Source: Octopus sinensis (lineage: Eukaryota). From it: a DNA stretch of 64,000 bases. The stretch spans positions 25,048,001-25,112,000 of the forward strand of contig NC_043017.1 of NCBI RefSeq assembly GCF_006345805.1, in the 5' to 3' direction. The notes below the pieces were generated by a model. The model saw nothing but the letters and a program-made list of their open reading frames with translations, searched no databases and was not told where the DNA came from. This document shows, piece by piece, positions 25,288 through 38,824 of this stretch. The translations under genes were made by a program, and so were the position numbers. Each line of letters begins with the position of its first letter. Positions within the stretch are counted from its first letter, which is position 1.

Positions 25288-26253
25288 TTTTGTATGTATA
25301 GCAAAGGAATGACTGCTTGATTAAAAAAGCTCACTTTGCAACAATGTACTTTCAGTTTCAGTCTGGTTTCACAAGTGTCTTCTTTTTTAGTCCCAGACTG
25401 ACTAATGCCTTGTGAGTGAGTTTGGTAGATGAAAACTACGGAAGACCATCATTTGTGTGTTTGTGTAAGCTCTTCCCATTTCTTGGCAACTGGTGTTTGT
25501 TTGTTTATGTTCTATATAACTTAACATTTTGACAAAAGTGACTGATGGAATAAGTACCAGACTTTAAAAAAAAAAATAAATACCAGACGCTTAAAGAATA
25601 AGAACAGGGATTGATTTGTTTAACTAAAAACCCTTCAAGATGGTGCCCCAGTATGGCTGCTGTCCAATGACTGGAGCAAGTGAAAGATAAAATGTGTAAA
25701 GATTAGGTATGTCTTCTTTCTGTTTTCATTTGGCTCTGCATTTTGTTGCTGAGTTTTCACCTTGTTTCATTCACACCTGTCTCTGCATAACTAGAGTAGT
25801 TGATGTATGCCAAGTAAATGCCTGGCTGACGAATCCTACATAAGACATGTATTCGTAGAAGATAAGTCAAGGAATGAAAATTTAGTACAGATACAAAAAA
25901 CTAGAGGTTAATAGTCTCAAATGATTTCAGCCTGTTCAAAATTCTCTCTCTCTCAGTTGAAATTTATAGAAAAAAAAAAGACAAAGACTGGTGTATGAAT
26001 AACAAGCAAGTGTATTAGTTTGATGCTTGGGAAAAATGAAAAAGTTTTTCATGTTTTGAGCTTACGCTCTTCAACAGAAAAGAATGAGAAAATCAAGAGA
26101 GAATGAAAGAACTTTTAGATCCCAGCGGTCCATATATATATATATATAAATTCGGGGTGAGTACTTGATAATTGTAAGCACCTGTATATACCGTTTGGTG
26201 GTGTAGGTGGTGGAGTAAATTAATCAAAATAAAAACATGATGCCAAGGATTCA

Positions 26254-26331
26254 GCGGTACATATGTTTCGGGCCTTTATTAGACGGATTTATAACAATGC
26301 ATAATGTATGTCTGTGGCCTTCTTCAGCCGC
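26254..26331 (-). ncRNA. Mirror copy of the hammerhead at 26606-26683
   Basis: Reverse complement in the left arm of the foldback. Confidence 0.7.
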
Positions 26332-26605
26332 GCACAACAACTTCCACAAGGACATGTATTACATCAAAAATTCTTGGTTGGGGATGCAAATCCTCTCATT
26401 CGCGTATGACATAATGCGGCAACAGCATAAAAATGAAGCGTCCATCTCGTTCTTCTCTCAATGTTCTTCTCTACATTGAGAGAAGAACGAGATGGACGCT
26501 TCATTTTTATGCTGTTGCCGCATTATGTCGTACGCGAATGAGAGGATTTGCATCCCCAACCAAGAATTTTTGATGTAATACATGTCCTTGTGGAAGTTGT
26601 TGTGC

Positions 26606-26683
26606 GCGGCTGAAGAAGGCCACAGACATACATTATGCATTGTTATAAATCCGTCTAATAAAGGCCCGAAACATATGTACCGC
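26606..26683 (+). ncRNA. Minimal type I hammerhead ribozyme (second family)
   Basis: Stem I GCGG/CCGC; core CUGAAGA 26610-26616; stem II GGCC/GGCC closed by an A-C mismatch; GAAAC; palindromic stem III ACAUAUGU; GUA 26677-26679. Confidence 0.7.
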
Positions 26684-26718
26684 TGAATCCTTGGCATCAT
26701 GTTTTTATTTTGATTAAT

Positions 26719-26751
<33 letters not shown>

Positions 26752-27164
26752 GAGACGGGTATAAGGGATCTATTCCTTGGGCTGCTATTGGATCATAAGG
26801 TTTCTGCTGGGCTTAGTCAGCGAATGGGGAATCCCAGGCTTGCAGCAGGTAGTGCTTACAGTTGATGTGTGGTGTAAAGATTTGAGTGTGCTTTTCTCTG
26901 TTTACAGAAGCAACAAAATGTGTTATCATTTAGTAGAATGCTTTAATATATTGTATAAATAGCTTCTGTGTAATCATATGGTTTTCTTAATCTCTGCATA
27001 GCATACTCACCATTTTCTAGTAACCAGACATTCTTCAATATTTATTAGATTTGTTATTTAATTAATTTACTTTTTTTGTTCATACAGTTAGTCTTAAAGA
27101 TTGCAGTATTATGTAATGTGTAACTCATCTTGTATTATCTCAAATACTGAAGGATGCCATTTGT

Positions 27165-27690
27165 AAAAACTAGTTGATTTTGCTAATAGCTTGTTGATAT
27201 TTCTAAAGGCTGATTGATCTGGTTAAAGGCTGGTTGAGTTTGCGAAAGGCTGGTTGATCTTGCGAAAGGCTGGTTGATCTGGTTAAAGGTTAGTTGATCT
27301 TGCAAAAGGCTGATTGATCTTGTGAAAGGCTGGTTGATTTTGCAAAAGGCTGGTTGATCTTGTTAAAGGCTGGTTGATCAGGTTAAAGACTGGTTGATCT
27401 TGCGAAAGGCTGGTTGATCTGGTTAAAGGCTGGTTGATTTTGCGAAAGGCTGGTTGGTCTGGTTAAAGACTGGTTGATCTTGCGAAAGGCTGGTTGATCT
27501 TGCAAAAGGCTGGTTGATCTTGTTAAAGGCTGGTTGATCTTGCGAAAGGCTGGTTCTTGCGAAATGCTGGTTGATTCTAGCTAAAGGCTATCTGATCTTT
27601 CTAAGCAATTGTTGATGTTGCTAAAAACTGGTCGAACATGATAAAAACTAGTTAATCTTGCTTAAGACTTGTTGACCTCGTTAAAAATGT
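27165..27690. repeat. 20-bp minisatellite (aaaggctggttgatcttgcg), about 25 units
   Basis: Direct reading; homogeneous centre, degenerate edges. Confidence 0.9.
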
Positions 27691-28045
27691 TCTAATATCT
27701 CAACTACCACTTGAGCTAATTTGCCTATCACTCAAAGAGTAACCTATGTGGTTCAAGTCTGTACCTGTAAAATAGATTATCACTCTATGTACACAGTTTA
27801 CAATGATCCCAATCTCCTAAGTTCACTTTACACAACAATCTAATCTTACACCCTTCTTCCTATTACAAAAATAATTTGTTTTCATTATAAATGACTCTCT
27901 ACCTTAGAAACATTACACACCTCAAACGTGCATGCTTTGTAATATTTCTGCACAAGTAAATTATATAATATATATATATATATATATATATTCTTTAAAT
28001 GGATTTAGGATCTGTTTTATTTTTATTCCTTACTTCTATTTGTAG

Positions 28046-28087
28046 GGGACTGTTTAGGCCCAGGAATTAATTGCAGCCCCCAGATTG
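28046..28087 (+). CDS. Candidate 42-nt symmetric exon (GDCLGPGINCSPQI), phase 1 to 1
   Basis: Acceptor tacttctatttgTAG, GC-richer block, weak donor TG|GTTATT; frame stays open to TAG at 28252-28254. Confidence 0.35.
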
Positions 28088-30420
28088 GTTATTCAATATT
28101 TCTAGAAATAATTTATCATGTGATGTTTTATTTTCATTTTTCAGAACCTAAAAGTGTAATGTTTTCTTTTCTGCTAGACAATCCTAATTATCAGTTTGGG
28201 TCTATAAATAATAGCTTATCTAATTGTTTAAGGCCAACACGCCAAAGTATTTAGCTCATTCAGGCTTACATCATCAGCCAAACATTGGCACATACACATA
28301 CACTTAAACATGCTTGCACGCATGCACACACACACGCATATATTTGTATATAGTCATAGGACAAGTGCAGTGTTATAAGCGTAACCCTTTAGCATTCAGA
28401 TTATTCTGTCAAATCGAATGCTTATTTATTCACATTGTTTTGTTGCTTTGAAATTTCCACAATGTGATTATTTTTTAAATGACATTGTAGAGTAACTGTG
28501 AAAAGCCAGATTTGGCCAGTTTGAACATAAAACACAGTATATTTGGCCCAGATGTGACCAGCTTAAGTGCTAAAGGGTTAACTATAAATTCTTTTGTCAA
28601 AAGAATTGAATGAGTATTGAATATTTAAAAAACTTTATAAAATTTAACCCAGTCATGTAAAAATCGTCTTATGTTATTGATTTGTAGAAAAAAAAATTAT
28701 TTAGGGTTGTGTTAACAGCTGTGTTTATGAAAAAATTGAGCCAGTGAGGAGATGCATCAATCTGGTTAATCAAAATGCTTGAAATAACAGCCAAATCTCA
28801 AACTATAACTTTCAAAAACAAGTGTGTCTTGAACTTACAAGCTCATTAAACCTAAGCTTATCTTGGTTTCCATGATGTCTAAGTGACTTGGAGTACAAGA
28901 TTGCCTCTAAATAGGATGTCGGTATTCAGAGAGTTAAAATCTGCTCCTTTAGGTATTACTGGTACTTATTATGAGCTGAGTGATCTCACTAAGTCTGAAA
29001 ACGATGCATATGACTTGATTGTGAACCCAACACCCAGGCAATTATAACCATGCCATTTTTAAAAGAATGAAGGACACATTGGATAATGTAGACCTAGATA
29101 CACTTGTCAATTAGATAAAAAATAAATGGAGGACAGCCATGGCCAAAATGCTTTTGATAACAGCTTTGTTCAGTCAAACCTCCTGATTGGAGGCAGCCGT
29201 TTTGCAGATGAAATGGAAGCCTGGTGCTAAGTGGGCCACTTTTAGTAAGCAAAACTGATGACCGAATCGAGGGAGAAGGGCTGCTAAACCATTCTCATAA
29301 TTTTACTATGCATGAAAATGTGAACAGATCAAAGTTCCCTGTGATGGAATGGTAACAGAAATTTTCCCAGCATGCTTTATTAAATTCTGGACTGGATTAC
29401 TGGAAACAAAGAAAGAAAGAAAAAAAAATTAGTAAAATGAAAAAAAAAAAAAAAAAATTTAACCAAAGAAAGAAATCCAGTAATACCATCGTTGAGATAA
29501 TTCTGTTAAGATTATATTATGAAATAGCTGCTTATGACTCACGTCTACTATGGAAACTCTGAAAAAATATCAAGTGAAACTCTCGAGGAAAGCTTGCCAT
29601 TATCAAGTATTTGATTTGGCATTAACTTCACTAAGTACACATGCAATACAAAAAAAAAAAAAAATAATAATAATAATAATAGAGAAGATATGGGATAAAC
29701 TGTCTGGAGTAATACTTAATTTCCACGATATAGATCCCCTTGTAATACTACTTGGGGAAAAACAAAACAGCAAAAAGAGACAACGAGCTCTTTGATGCAT
29801 AGTTCCTTCCACCTACTTGGTAATGTGATTGCATTAACACACTTGCACACTAACACACTGCACACATGCACGCACATACTTGGGAGCAGACTCACGTGCA
29901 CTTGGGATGTTCATGCCTACATATGTGCACTCACGTGTTTATACATATATACACATATATATCCATACACACAAATATATACGTGTGTATATATATATAT
30001 ATATGTAACATAAGTGTGTGTGTGTGTATGTATGTAACATGTATATATAATACATATGTAATGTGTATATTTATAATACACATGTAATGTATATATATAT
30101 ATATGTAACATATATAATACATATGTAATGTATAGGTGCATATATATATATATATATATATATATTTGTATATAAGTATATATATATATATATGTAATGT
30201 ACATGTAATATGTGTATGTATATATATATATATATATATATAATTTGTATATAAGTATATGTATGTGTGTATATATATATATATATATAATATATATATA
30301 TATATAAAATTTGTATATAAGTATATATGTAATGTACATGTAATATGTGTATGTATATATATATATATAATTTGTATATAAGTATATATACATATGTAAT
30401 GTACATGTAATATGAGCATG

Positions 30421-30454
<34 letters not shown>

Positions 30455-30895
30455 TATAAAACATATAATACATATGTAATGTATATGTGCATATATATAT
30501 ATATATAATTTGTATATAAGTATACATATTTATATATGTAATGTACATGTAATATATATATGCATGCATACAAGTGCATACTTTACACTCTATTGATTTC
30601 CACTTAATTATATGCCAGTAAGCTATTCTTCATGCCAAGTAATACCATGTTAATAGTTTTGTAGATTACTCTTAGCCAATCATTAGATTAATGTTTTCAT
30701 AAAAATATCTTGAAATTAAATTATGATCGAGATGAAGAAAAAAAAAAAAAATTCATTTTCCTTTGCCCATTTTCTTCCCCACTTCTCCCTCCTCTCTCTC
30801 TCTCCCCTTTTATCTCTTTGTTTTATTCTCTCCTTTTCATTCTGTGTCGATTGCCATTCCATGTTGCTTACTGACTGTTAATTACACGTTTTTAG

Positions 30896-30943
30896 GTAAT
30901 AAAACTAGATCAGTTTTGTATGAGTCCTCATCACCTAAGTTTG
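30896..30943 (+). CDS. Candidate 48-nt symmetric exon (GNKTRSVLYESSSPKF), phase 1 to 1
   Basis: Branch-like ttaCTGAC at 30868-30875, tttttAG acceptor, consensus donor G|GTAAGT, frame-preserving. Confidence 0.7.
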
Positions 30944-31278
30944 GTAAGTACCGCGACAGAGTAAACAATAGTAGTAATATTTATTTATATATATCTCTAT
31001 ATATCTATATATCTCTACCCTTATGATAGCATTTCATTTTTAAATCTATTTTTTCTTTTCTATTATTTTTTTTATGCTCCCTTCTTTTCTTCTCCAGTTT
31101 CAACTGGTCTTAGTAGAACCTGATTTCACTTAAGACTTGGTACTTTGCACTGTTTGTCATAATAACCAGAAACGTCCATTTACTTATACACAATTGCAGC
31201 TTGCTTATACAATGTTTGTGCATGTGTATGATTGTGTGTGTGAATATAGTTGGAAATGTATGCTAGAATAGCTAATTG

Positions 31279-31688
31279 GGATCTTTTCGGTTTGAATGGC
31301 AGTTCTTTCTAGCGGTTTCATATGAAATTGTCACCCATAATTATGACCCTAGAATCGATCTATTGCATTTCAATCTCTTTTAGGGTTAGGGGTAGGGGAA
31401 GGGTATCGTTTTTCTTCACAAATGTAAATAAACCCAATCTGTTTCTTAAACGAGGGACATATTCATACGGCACAGAATATTTTTTTACCTCAATAGACGT
31501 CACTGATTGGTTGAAATTGCAGAAATTGAAGAAAAAAAACAACAAATATCTTACAAACTATAGAATTTTCTCAATAAAGCCAAGAGAAAAAGATGTTATA
31601 TAAACACATTCTACCAGTATACGAAGTTTAAAATTGTTTAGTTACCTAGAAATTATGTTAAAAACTGCCATTCAAACCGAAAAGATCT
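31279..31688. mobile_element. MITE with 8-bp target duplication (Merlin-like ends)
   Basis: TIR gatcttttcggtttgaatggcagtt / aactgccattcaaaccgaaaagatc; gctaattg at 31271-31278 and 31689-31696; left end starts GG. Confidence 0.75.
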
Positions 31689-33947
31689 GCTAATTGCATT
31701 GATAATAGTAGTTCTAATTAATAAAAATATACCAATTTGAATACAAGAAAAAAATTATTTTTTTTTAATCTGAAGGCAGCACAAAAGTTGAGTTGCAAGA
31801 TAAATTCCATTTTCGCTTATGGTAAGGTAGATTAGTGTTTAAAAATAACATTGATGCCAAGGGCTGAGAACAAAATGAAAAATAAATCAAGAATTTGATA
31901 GTCTTGTTAGTATCTGTAAATGAATCAACAGTATTTAAAAATCGTCCTTTTGGCTTCAAAGGACAAGAAGTGGTTGCACTTTTGACATTTTTACAGGAGA
32001 CTCTAAAATTGGTCGGCAAGGAAATGAAGAAAGCAGCTTGAACTCAGAAACAAAGACCTGGCCTTATCGTTTGTGTAGTGTGGCTTCTGCTGTTCAAGGC
32101 ACCAAACGAGCTGGTAGTTAAAGGAGTAAAAGGAATGACAAACCAGAATACATGATGCAATTCCTGCCACTCTTGTTATTTGTGAAGGCATATGGCTTAG
32201 TGGCTAAGGTGTTGCACTCATGATTACAAGATTATGGTTTCAATTCCCAGAGCTAGCAGTATGTTGTGTTCTTGAACCAAACACTTCTCTTCATGCTGCT
32301 CCAATCCACTCATCTGTGAATTGAGTAACCTTTGCAACAGAGTGGCATCCTGTCATGGACTCCTTCACTTACACACCATGGAAAGTGGTTAATGGTCACT
32401 ATGAGTTCTAGCACTCAAAACACTACTTACATTGCTTACTCTTGCTATTAACATGAGATTTCACTATTGGACAGAGTACTGGGAGATTATTTTATGACAT
32501 GTTTAGGGGTTTTGACATATTTAGGGGTTATGCAGCACAAAGTTTTGTCAGTGAACAGGTTGCGGTCTCAAAGCGACGAAAATATTTTGACAAATTAAAT
32601 TTAAATGTTGAAGTGAATCTAACGGTTTTGTGTGTTTCTTAGGGGTTAGTGTTCATATTTAATTAAGGTTCAACACCAATATCCCACTGTACATTTAGTG
32701 AAAATATATAACTGCTAATATTAAATTCTTATTTAGGAATATATATTTATTAACTGACTTTGTTTGGTATTCATTAACTTGCTTAAGTTCGTATACTGCA
32801 AGGAAATGAGAGACAGATGTTTCAAGCAAAGAAACTATGAACTTTACTAAATAATTTTTACAGACACAAGACTCTTCTACTTTGCTCAGACTACTTTTTT
32901 TTTCTTATTCAGTATTAAAAATCTTGACATTTAGCTGGTAACGAAGGTAGTTTTGGTACAGTCTTTGTCTGAGACTAAAAAATGAATGATAACAAGGTTA
33001 GAAACTAGGGTATCAATTCCTGGATCTGCAACATGAATTCATCTGGAATCCTGTTTACCTGACACAGTGGTTAGGGTCCATATGGCCTTTGGGGATCCAA
33101 ATAAGATTTTGTTGTTAAAATCTATGTGCAATAAATTGGTTATGCTTCTAGGATACACAAAATGCTTTAACAATATTTTATACAATTCCTAATAAAATTT
33201 AATTATAAAAATATAATAGATTATTTTTAGACACCAAATGGCTATGAGGGTCCATATGAATAAAATAGGAATCAAAGGGGACCACAGGTAAAAAAATGGT
33301 TGAGAAATATAAGCTATTTGACAGGTGGTACCCAGGCCTGGAAATGTGATCTGTGATAAACTAAACTCCCATCCAGGATAGATTTTTGTCTTTCGTCAGC
33401 TATAAAAATGAAACTGCTTTATTAACAAAAAGAATGAGGGAATCTATTAAATTACGGTATAAAGAAATAAATATATATGCAAAATTTCAGCAACAGGTCC
33501 TAATTTTGAACAAATAAACATTTCAGACAAAATGCATAAATTTATTTTCCCATAGGTACGAGCATAGCTGTATAGGTACAGTCAGACGTAGCAGTGTGGT
33601 TAAGCAGCTTATGTCAGAGTCACATGACTTTGGGTTCAGTCCCGCTGCATGGCACCTTGGGCAAGTGTCTTCTACTACAGCTTCAGGCTGATCAAAGCCT
33701 TTTGAGTGCATTTGGTAGATGTAAACTGAAAGAAGCATGTCGTATATATACATATACATATATATATATATATATATATATGCACAGACACATATATATA
33801 TATATATATATGGCATTAGGAAGGGTATCCAGCTGTAGAAACCATGCCAAATCAGACTGGAGTCTAGTGCAGCCTTCCAGTGTGCCAGCCCAGTCAAACT
33901 GTCCAACCCATGCCAGAATGGACAACGAATGCTAAATGATGATCGTG

Positions 33948-33986
<39 letters not shown>

Positions 33987-34791
33987 GTTTGTGTGTACAT
34001 CTGTGTTTGTATCTCTGCCATTGCTTAAGTCAATACTGGTGTACTGTAACTTAGTGGTTCAGCAAAGGAGACTAATAGAATATGTATTAGGTTCACAAAG
34101 AATGTCCTAGTGTTGATATTTCTTCAACTGAAAGTCGTTTAAGGCGATGCTCCAGCATGGCCACATTCAAATGACTGAAACAAGTAAAAGAATGTGTGTG
34201 TCTGTGTTTGCTCCTCACCATCACTTGATAGCCAATACTGGTTTGTTCACATCCCTGTAGCTTAGCAGTTCAGCAAGAGAGACCAATATAAATCAATTCT
34301 AAGTGTCCGTTTGACTAAATCCTTCAAGGTAGTGCCCCAGCACGGGCACATTCCCATGACTGAAACAAACTGTGATGGCATTCATATCGCTTTATTACTT
34401 TATCCCTTGCAGCATTTGTTCTGGTTCTGGATGCTTTGAGTTCAAATCCTGCCAAGACCAACATTGTCCGAGGTCAATAAAATAAAGTATGAGTCAAACA
34501 CGAAGGTTGATAGTATCACTTAATCCCTTCCTCTCACAATTGCTGGCCTAGTGCCTAAATTCGAATCTGTTATTTCATCTTCTCGATTTTTGTAAGTTTT
34601 GAACCTCTTGTGTGTGTGTGTGTGATATGTGTGTGTATATATGTGTGGATGTTTATGTACATCTGTATGTGTGTGTGTATATGTACATATATGTGTGTGT
34701 GTGTGTACATGCACATATGTATATATGTGTATGTACATATACATATGTATATATATATGTGTGTGTATTTACATATGTACATATATATGTA

Positions 34792-34826
<35 letters not shown>

Positions 34827-35246
34827 CATGTGTGTATATATAGCCTACATATATAGACTATACTCATTGTGTGCAATGAAGTGGAGGGGGAGAATATAAA
34901 CAAGTTTTCCTGTTTATTGTGCTTATCCATGATATAAAACTTAGGTGGTCATTTTTCTATTATTTTTAACACATTCTGGTTCTTATGATTAAACGCTCCA
35001 TTTTTTTCTTCCCTTCACACCACTGTTTTGTAATCACAAACCATTGTTTATTTTTACCTGGTATATTTAGAGTTTTGTTAAAAGCATGCTAAAAAATCCA
35101 TTGAGTCGTACGAATGAAGTTTTCTTAGTCCCATTATTTTCCTTCTATGTGTTATTTTTTCCTTTGAGTATTGTTTGTTTGTGTTTAGAGTTAGCATTCC
35201 TATTGTTGGAACTTTGCTCTTTTTCTTGTTTTTTTTGCTACTTTAG

Positions 35247-35278
35247 ATTTGTAAAAAAAAAAATGGAAAAGAAGGACG
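35247..35278 (+). CDS. Candidate 32-nt exon (FVKKKMEKKD), phase 2 to 1
   Basis: Acceptor ttttttTGCtactttAG, donor CG|GTAACT; stop after two codons if entered in phase 1. Confidence 0.35.
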
Positions 35279-37210
35279 GTAACTAAGGACTTTATGGTAG
35301 TGTGTTAATTTGAGGTAGCATTGGATTATCTCCCATCCAAAATGTATTCTATATGTGTGAAATATAAACAAGACCAATATTCCTAGTAGAGTTGTAAAGA
35401 ACAGTGTGGGTAACTTAGTTTACACATCAGCTGTGTATCTATCTAAGTCATCCCTTTTATGAAATGCATTGAGGCCAGAACTGTCTCAATATGTAGGGCT
35501 GTTAAGAATAAATATCTGAACTCGAGCAATTCGTTTGAACACATATGCTATAGCCTGTCTAGCTAATTTTCAGTAGTTTTCTATAAAACATTGAGATTTT
35601 CTTTTTCTCGGTTGATTGGATCAAAACTGGGAGTAAAATTCCAATTAATCCTTATTTTTTAAAAAAGGAATTTTGGGTTCTCAAATTTAATATTAAATGA
35701 ATATTTACCCCTTTAGCATTCAGATTATTCTGTAAGATGTAATGCTTTCTTATTCACATTATTTTGAATTAGTCGTGCATTATCTCATGGCTTTGAGATT
35801 TCAATGATGTAATTGCTTATTTTTAGAATATTGTAGGGTAGGTGTGAGAGGACAGATGTGGTTAGCTTGAACATACATGGTTTAAATGGGAAAGGGTAAA
35901 ACATTCCCCGGAGCTGTTGGTAAATATGACAAATACGTAATAATAGGACATATCGTCAATATTAAGAACCCTTCATTGGCTTTCGTTTGAGCTTTATATT
36001 TGTGGCATGAAGTGGCTCCTGCTTGCTTTACTATCAAGCTGCATGTTGTAAAACCTGTTTTCAATTTATTATTCTGCTCACATGTTGAGTCATTGCCTTT
36101 TAGTATTCTAAGAAGAGTACAAGAGGACGAAAAGCAAAGTTGACTGGGCATGGACCCTCCTTGCAGTGATTAAATTTTTTGTTGGTGATGCAACATGCTA
36201 ATCATATGCAAATCAGTTCTTGCGACTTCTTTCTATTGGCTAGTGAAAGCAAAATGTGTGTCCTGCCTCATATGAAATGTAGACAATTCCAGAAAGTACC
36301 CCACTATCAAAAATGAGTTAACTCGGTTACCATGTCTCAAGTGCTCATGCTTAGAACCAAGTGTACTCAGGTCCTCTGCAGTCAGGGTTGAAGGGCATAA
36401 CTAATATGGATTAAAATACCACTAGTTATCTCATTCAACAACCAGTTTTTGCCACCATCTCCCTACCTCACACACATTTGAAAGGCTTCTGCACAGTTTT
36501 TACTGACAACTTACACTCACAAGATTTTAGTTGGTCCATGGCCATCGTAGAAGAAACCTGCCCAATGTACCATGCACAGGGATTGTGGAAACAAACTTGT
36601 CAACCACATAGTCGTGCAGGACACTTGATTTTCTAGAGATGGCAGCTATATATCTCTCAAATCTTGCCTAGCATCTTAAAAAAAAATGAAGGATAGACTG
36701 AATAATGTAATCTAGAAAAAACAAAATGATCATGTCTGGAATATCGTTAGTCATTGGTCTACTCGTTCAGGGTTGATCCAGGGTCAAACAACTTCAACAC
36801 CAACACATTGTAACAAAGCTATGAACTGCTCTTTGCTGTTCTGCTTTCTTTTAAAGTGTTCAAGTGTTAAACTTTGTTGTTTGACAATCACTTCCAAACG
36901 TTACAATTTCCTTGTAACTGCCAGACATGTATAGGCTACCAACATCAGAAGTAGTATTTACCTCCCAGATAATTTCACTGGTCTTGCCATTGGGGTGTGC
37001 ATAGGGAGTTTGAATAGATCTAGTCGTATAATAAACCGAGTCAATAGAATACTAAGATTGTTCAGTGGTCATTCATCAAATGCCTTCATTTTTATACAAA
37101 AGTTTCTCCACGGATCACACAAGCTTGCTTTCATTTTATTTACACAGTTCACATTTAATACACACACACAGACACACACACACAGACACACACACACACA
37201 CATGTATATA

Positions 37211-37425
37211 CAATGGGGTGCTGAAAAGTTCCTGGCTTTAAGGGTATCACAAAAGGCCTGGTCAAAGGCTCAACGTTCTGAGTCCTTTTACAGGATTTGA
37301 AAAACTGAAGGACCACTGCAATAAGTGTGTGAACCTTAGAGGGGAATATGTTGAATATAATCATAAGTAACTGATCCTCCTGTATTTTCTTTAACTCCAA
37401 CGAGGAACTTTTCAGCACCCCCTTG
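37211..37425 (+). mobile_element. Mariner MITE
   Basis: TIR ggggtgctgaaaagttcc / ggaacttttcagcacccc, TA flanks, transposase end NKCVNLRGEYVE. Confidence 0.85.
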
Positions 37426-37427
37426 TA

Positions 37428-37478
<51 letters not shown>

Positions 37479-38002
37479 ATATATAAAACACTCAGACATC
37501 TCAAAATAAATAGACATCCTCTTTAAGATATCTATATTTCGAAACAAAATATTGTCATTTGTATATTAGCTACAGAGGCAGTATTAATACTGTGGGGTAA
37601 TATTTATGCCCACTTAAACGTGGATGTTCTGTTGGAACAAACAATACTGTGGTTGATACCATGAGAGGAACTCCCATATTGGCTTCAGGTGCAAAATGCA
37701 TGCTTGTTTACATTGCTAGCGGGGAGATAAATCCTCACTGTCTCCAGCACCAAAAGCCAATATGAGAGTTTGTTCTCACAGAGCAACCACGTCCAAGTGG
37801 AGAAAGCTATTGTCATTTGATGCATTTAATTATTTAATCAAGGATTCAACTTGTTTGGGCATCATATTAATGAGTCCTGTGCACACATAAAACTGTTAAG
37901 AGGAGTGTCTATTTACTTTTTAAATGCCTATGTGTCTGTGTATATATTTGTATATATTATTCCTTTTTTCTTTCTGCTTTTGTACCATTTTTTTTATTGC
38001 AG

Positions 38003-38010
38003 TTTCCAAA
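38003..38010 (+). CDS. Candidate 8-nt micro-exon, phase 2 to 1
   Basis: Strong acceptor ttttttttattgcAG, donor AA|GTAATG; restores frame after the 13-nt or 49-nt exon. Confidence 0.3.
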
Positions 38011-38761
38011 GTAATGCGATTTAGATTTGCTATTATTTGCAGCTACAATCCAAACTGATTATTTTCTTCATTTCTTTGCTCAGTCATATTCCTTAATGTA
38101 AGCCTCAAGCTGTTATATAATAAACAATATTTGTATTAGTTTTCAGCTTTGTTATGTAACTGGTTACATATCCTATTGGCAGTTTGGGCTTTTTTTTTTC
38201 TTTTCTCTGTGTGTTATCCATAAAAATCCTTTTCAGTAAAAAGATTTCATTCAAACTTGTCGTCACTAAGTGAATGTAACCTTTCAGTGTATATATGTGT
38301 ATATATATTCTTAATTTCCCTGTTACTGTGTTCAATTATCTTTCCCCATTTCATTGCATTGCTTTTCTCATTCAATTTGCATGTTGTGTTGAATTCAGTT
38401 TTTGCTCTTGGTGTCTTTGTATGCCGCCTTTATATCGGTATATCGTTAGTAAACTTACCAGTTTACTTCAGGAAGGAGCTATATTTCCTAAATCACAATA
38501 ACATAACAGGCTGTTACCCCAACTGGATATTTTTATAGATCTTGTGACATTGGAAGTCTCATTTGAGTCTGTGTTTTCCTGATTCCTGATAATTAAAAAA
38601 ACATAAATAAAACTGTGTAGTATATATATATATATATATTATATTAAATTAGAGACAAAACCACTATTAGGCAAATCAAACAATGAAAGACTTAAGCCAA
38701 TACATATGATTAATTTATATTATTTAAATATGTAACAATTATTAAAAAATATAATTAATAT

Positions 38762-38824
38762 CCACTACGATCGTTTCCTGCCTGCTGTCTTTAAATTTTT
38801 GAGTCGCAGTCATTCATCAGGTGG
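38762..38824 (-). ncRNA. Minimal hammerhead ribozyme (third family) in a (TA)n-flanked insert at about 38645-38900
   Basis: Minus strand CCAC-CUGAUGA-A-UGACUGC...GCAGGCA-G-GAAAC-GAUC-GUA-GUGG; palindromic stem III ACGAUCGU; stem II partly decayed. Confidence 0.65.

Larger units (their letters stand above)
26148..26721. mobile_element. Penelope-like remnant foldback (249-bp arms 26216-26464 and 26473-26721)
   Basis: One mismatch seen between arms, 8-nt loop, hammerheads, left-hand extension, (TA)n flanks; explains the twin 80-aa ORFs on opposite strands. Confidence 0.7.

Noticed and set aside
26237-26700. Twin 80-aa ORFs on opposite strands as a gene pair
   Set aside because: A consequence of the inverted repeat; they run antisense to the hammerhead-bearing element.
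27165-27690. 20-bp repeat array as a CRISPR array or coding repeat
   Set aside because: No unique spacers, eukaryotic context, and the unit is not a multiple of three.
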